Shown: positions 54,058 through 56,669 of the stretch, in pieces
Layout: each line of letters starts with the position of its first letter
Position numbering within the stretch: position 1 is the first letter of the stretch
Source of the DNA: Gemmatimonadota bacterium
Lineage (GTDB): Bacteria; Gemmatimonadota; Gemmatimonadetes; Gemmatimonadales; GWC2-71-9
Direction: 5' to 3'
Assembly: GCA_039591795.1 (NCBI GenBank)
Contig: JBDHCY010000015.1
Coordinates: forward strand, 1 to 56,669
DNA length: 56,669 nucleotides
Translations under genes and position numbers: made by a program
The notes under the pieces: generated by a model
What the model saw: the letters and a program-made list of their open reading frames with translations, nothing else
Told to the model about the DNA's origin: nothing
The model's database searches: none

Positions 54058-55356
54058 ATGCATCGCGTAGCAGTCGAGCGTAACCCGCGCGGGCGCGGCC
54101 GCGCGTGGTGGCTCGCCCTGACGGGGCTCGGGCTCCTCGTGAGTCCTGTGACGGCGCTGGCACAGCGCGTCGTTACCGAGCCACAACAGGTGATCACTGT
54201 GTCGCTCGGCGAGTCCGCGTTGCTCGTCGAAGTGACGGCGATGCAACGGTTCTCGATCGGCGACCCATCGGTGGCGGACGCGGCCGCAGTTTCACCGAAT
54301 GAGCTCCTCATCACGGGGAAGAAACTCGGAACGACGAGCTTGCTCGTGTGGGACGCCAGCGGTGACGTGCGGATGTATTCGATTCAGGTCACCGCCGACG
54401 CACCGGCACTCGAGCGCTATCTCCGAGGCCTGTTCCCCGACGACACTGTGGCCGTCGCAGCAAGCGGCAACACGGTCACGCTGTATGGGCGCGTGCGCTC
54501 GGCCAACGTGGCCCGGCAGATCGTGCAAATCGCGGAAGGGACCGGCGCTACGGTCGTAGACCGCCTCCAGGCCCCACCGGCGAGACAGGTGGCGCTCAAG
54601 GTGCGCTTCGCCGAAGTCAGCCGTAGTGCGTCCAAGGAGATGGCTTCCCAGCTCGCGACGCTCAACCCGCACAAGCTGACAAGCGACGGCGACTGGTTCG
54701 GCGAGACGATCTCCGACGGGTTCATCAATTTTCTCCTGTCCAACGACAACGCCAGTTTCCTGGCGGCGATCAAGGTCCTGCAGTCCAACGGTCAGTTCAA
54801 GACGCTGGCCGAACCGACGCTGCTGGCCCTTCCGGATGAAGAGGCGTCATTCCTCGCGGGCGGCGAGTTCCCGTTCCCGATCGTGCAAGGCGGCACCAAC
54901 AACACGGTGACGATCCAGTTCAAAGAATTCGGCGTGAAGCTGACGTTCACTCCGAACGTGACCGAGAGCGGGAACATCCGGCTCAAGGTGGCGCCCGAGG
55001 TGTCGTCCCTCGACTTCGCCAACGGCCTGTCATTCCAGGGCTTTCAGATTCCGACGCTGCGTACACGGAAGGCGGAAACGTCAGTCGAGTTACGCGAGGG
55101 CCAGCACCTGGCGATCGCCGGCCTCATGGACAACACGCTGACCGACAACGTGACGAAGATTCCGCTCCTCGGTGACATCCCAATCCTGGGCGCGTTCTTC
55201 CGGTCACACGACGCACAACAGAACCGATCGGAACTGCTCATCGTGGTGACTCCCGCGCTCGTGACGGCCACGGCTACGGCGCCGGAGATGCCTACAGGCG
55301 AGCCGGGGACGTGGGATTGGTACGGGGCGCTCAAAGACGGACGCACTCGCAAGTAG
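54058..55356 (+). CDS. cpaC: Tad secretin CpaC/RcpA
   Basis: GKKLGTTSL, QVALKVRFAEV, LAEPTL, FLAGGEFP, FKEFGVKL and IPLLGDIPILG.FF. Confidence 0.95.
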   Translation: MHRVAVERNPRGRGRAWWLALTGLGLLVSPVTALAQRVVTEPQQVITVSLGESALLVEVTAMQRFSIGDPSVADAAAVSPNELLITGKKLGTTSLLVWDASGDVRMYSIQVTADAPALERYLRGLFPDDTVAVAASGNTVTLYGRVRSANVARQIVQIAEGTGATVVDRLQAPPARQVALKVRFAEVSRSASKEMASQLATLNPHKLTSDGDWFGETISDGFINFLLSNDNASFLAAIKVLQSNGQFKTLAEPTLLALPDEEASFLAGGEFPFPIVQGGTNNTVTIQFKEFGVKLTFTPNVTESGNIRLKVAPEVSSLDFANGLSFQGFQIPTLRTRKAETSVELREGQHLAIAGLMDNTLTDNVTKIPLLGDIPILGAFFRSHDAQQNRSELLIVVTPALVTATATAPEMPTGEPGTWDWYGALKDGRTRK

Positions 55357-55385
55357 CCGACGTGGGATTGGAGGAGGGCCGCACG

Positions 55386-56600
55386 ATGAAATGCTGGACG
55401 TCGATGGTACGCAACGAGCGAGGTGCCGCCGCCGTACTGATCGCGGTGTCAGTCGCTGCGATGCTCGGCTTCGCGGCCCTCGCCATCGATCTCGGGATGC
55501 TCTTCAAAGCCCGGGTCGACGCGCAGCGTGCGGCCGACGCGGCGGCCCTGGCCGGAGCCAGCGCATTTCTGGATTTCGACCAGATCACGGCGGTCACGCC
55601 GGCGCGGAATCGCGCAACGGAATATGGTCTACGGAACACGTTCCTCAATGGCCCCATCGACACCGGCGAGATCTACATCAAGGTCATACCCGACAGCTTC
55701 AAAGTCGGTGTGTACGTGTATCGCGACTCGGTTCAGACCTGGTTTGCCAGAATCTTCGGTATCCGGTATGTGCCGATTGGAGCATTCGCCGCCGCCGCCG
55801 CCGTGAGCGCGGGCCAGGCCAAGTGCCTCAAGCCCTGGGCCGTGCCCGACGTCTGGCACGACTACAACAGCGACACGAACAACAACCGCATGTGGGACCC
55901 GGGCGAAGAGTGGGTCTTCGGCGACGACCCCGGGGACGTCTACAAGCCGTTCAGCGGCCCTGGCGGCGCCGCTGACGAGACTGGCTACGGGAGCGAGTGG
56001 CGGAATCCGCCGTACACGCAGCCCGTCGATGACTACGGCCGGCAGATCCAGATCAAGTCGCCCGACCCCAATGACGAGTACTCCGCGGCCCCGGGGATTT
56101 TCTACCCGTGGCGGCTCCCCATCGACCCCGATCAGGAACCGTGCGACAATGGGGGCGGCGGCGGACAGGACGCCGGCGGTGCGGTATACCGGCAGAACAT
56201 CTGTAGCTGCAACAACAGCCCGGTCCAGCTCGGTGTCCCTTACGAGGTGGAGCCAGGCAACATGATCGGGCCGACGGCACAGGGAGTTGACGAGCTCATT
56301 AACGAAGATCCCAACGCCTCCTGGGACGACGCGACGAACCAGATCGTCAATTCGGATCCAAAGTTTGGGGATGCGATGAACAGCCCTCGGGTGATCAAGA
56401 TCGCGCTGATCGACCCGACGCAGATTCAGGGCTCGGGGATGCAGACGATCATGTTCAACAATTTCGCGCTGCTCTTTCTCGAGGAGCAGGCGAACAACCA
56501 GGCTCCTGTAAAGGCGCGTTTTCTGTATTACGCGTCGGGCGAAGGCTCGCCTGGATCGACGACCGGCTCGCTGGTCAAGGTCCTCCAACTCGTCAAGTAG
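55386..56600 (+). CDS. tadG: TadG-like pseudopilin/adhesin with large C-terminal domain
   Basis: ERG|AAAVLIAV…ALAIDLG…AQRAADAAALAGA. Start placed at ATG 55386. Confidence 0.85.
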   Translation: MKCWTSMVRNERGAAAVLIAVSVAAMLGFAALAIDLGMLFKARVDAQRAADAAALAGASAFLDFDQITAVTPARNRATEYGLRNTFLNGPIDTGEIYIKVIPDSFKVGVYVYRDSVQTWFARIFGIRYVPIGAFAAAAAVSAGQAKCLKPWAVPDVWHDYNSDTNNNRMWDPGEEWVFGDDPGDVYKPFSGPGGAADETGYGSEWRNPPYTQPVDDYGRQIQIKSPDPNDEYSAAPGIFYPWRLPIDPDQEPCDNGGGGGQDAGGAVYRQNICSCNNSPVQLGVPYEVEPGNMIGPTAQGVDELINEDPNASWDDATNQIVNSDPKFGDAMNSPRVIKIALIDPTQIQGSGMQTIMFNNFALLFLEEQANNQAPVKARFLYYASGEGSPGSTTGSLVKVLQLVK

Positions 56601-56616
56601 CGGAGCCAGAGACCCT

Positions 56617-56669
56617 ATGCAGCTGGACGGGAATGGACTCATGGACGGTAACCATCTACGAAGCGCCGT
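56617..56669 (+). CDS. 5' end of the next tad-cluster gene (truncated by the window)
   Basis: ATG 56617 is open to the window end. Identity (perhaps CpaE) is inferred from gene order only. Confidence 0.3.
   Translation, partial: MQLDGNGLMDGNHLRSA

Overview
GC-rich bacterial chromosome segment around the replication origin. Gene content and protein style suggest Gemmatimonadota (inference, no database search). Core origin genes are yidC-yidD-rnpA-rpmH, divergent dnaA-dnaN and rnpB. About 22 kb away lie two parS sites, a parA-parB-M23 peptidase-bactofilin operon and a second DnaA-box cluster. Housekeeping genes include tRNA-Phe, upp, an ECF sigma/anti-sigma pair, holA, mutS, queD, ddl, pyrE, polA, rnd and def. 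The most interesting part is the right end, which looks like a surface-attachment island. A translationally coupled five-gene minus-strand operon encodes an Hpt-REC-REC-REC regulator, a membrane-anchored HEAT-repeat protein, a processive GT2 synthase, an exported TPR-glycoside hydrolase and a TPR/beta-barrel protein. It has the layout of a synthase-dependent exopolysaccharide secretion system that I cannot assign to a named pathway. It sits back-to-back with a Tad/Flp pilus cluster. Three sigma54-type (-24/-12) promoter motifs lie in this island. Two of them head tandem units made of a promoter, a ~160-nt structured leader and an identical Flp pilin gene. Other oddities are a probable ACG start for rnpA overlapping the rpmH stop (TAACG), a frameshifted GWxTD gene, a variant deformylase and a variant MCP tip. 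No CRISPR array, integrase or transposase was seen.
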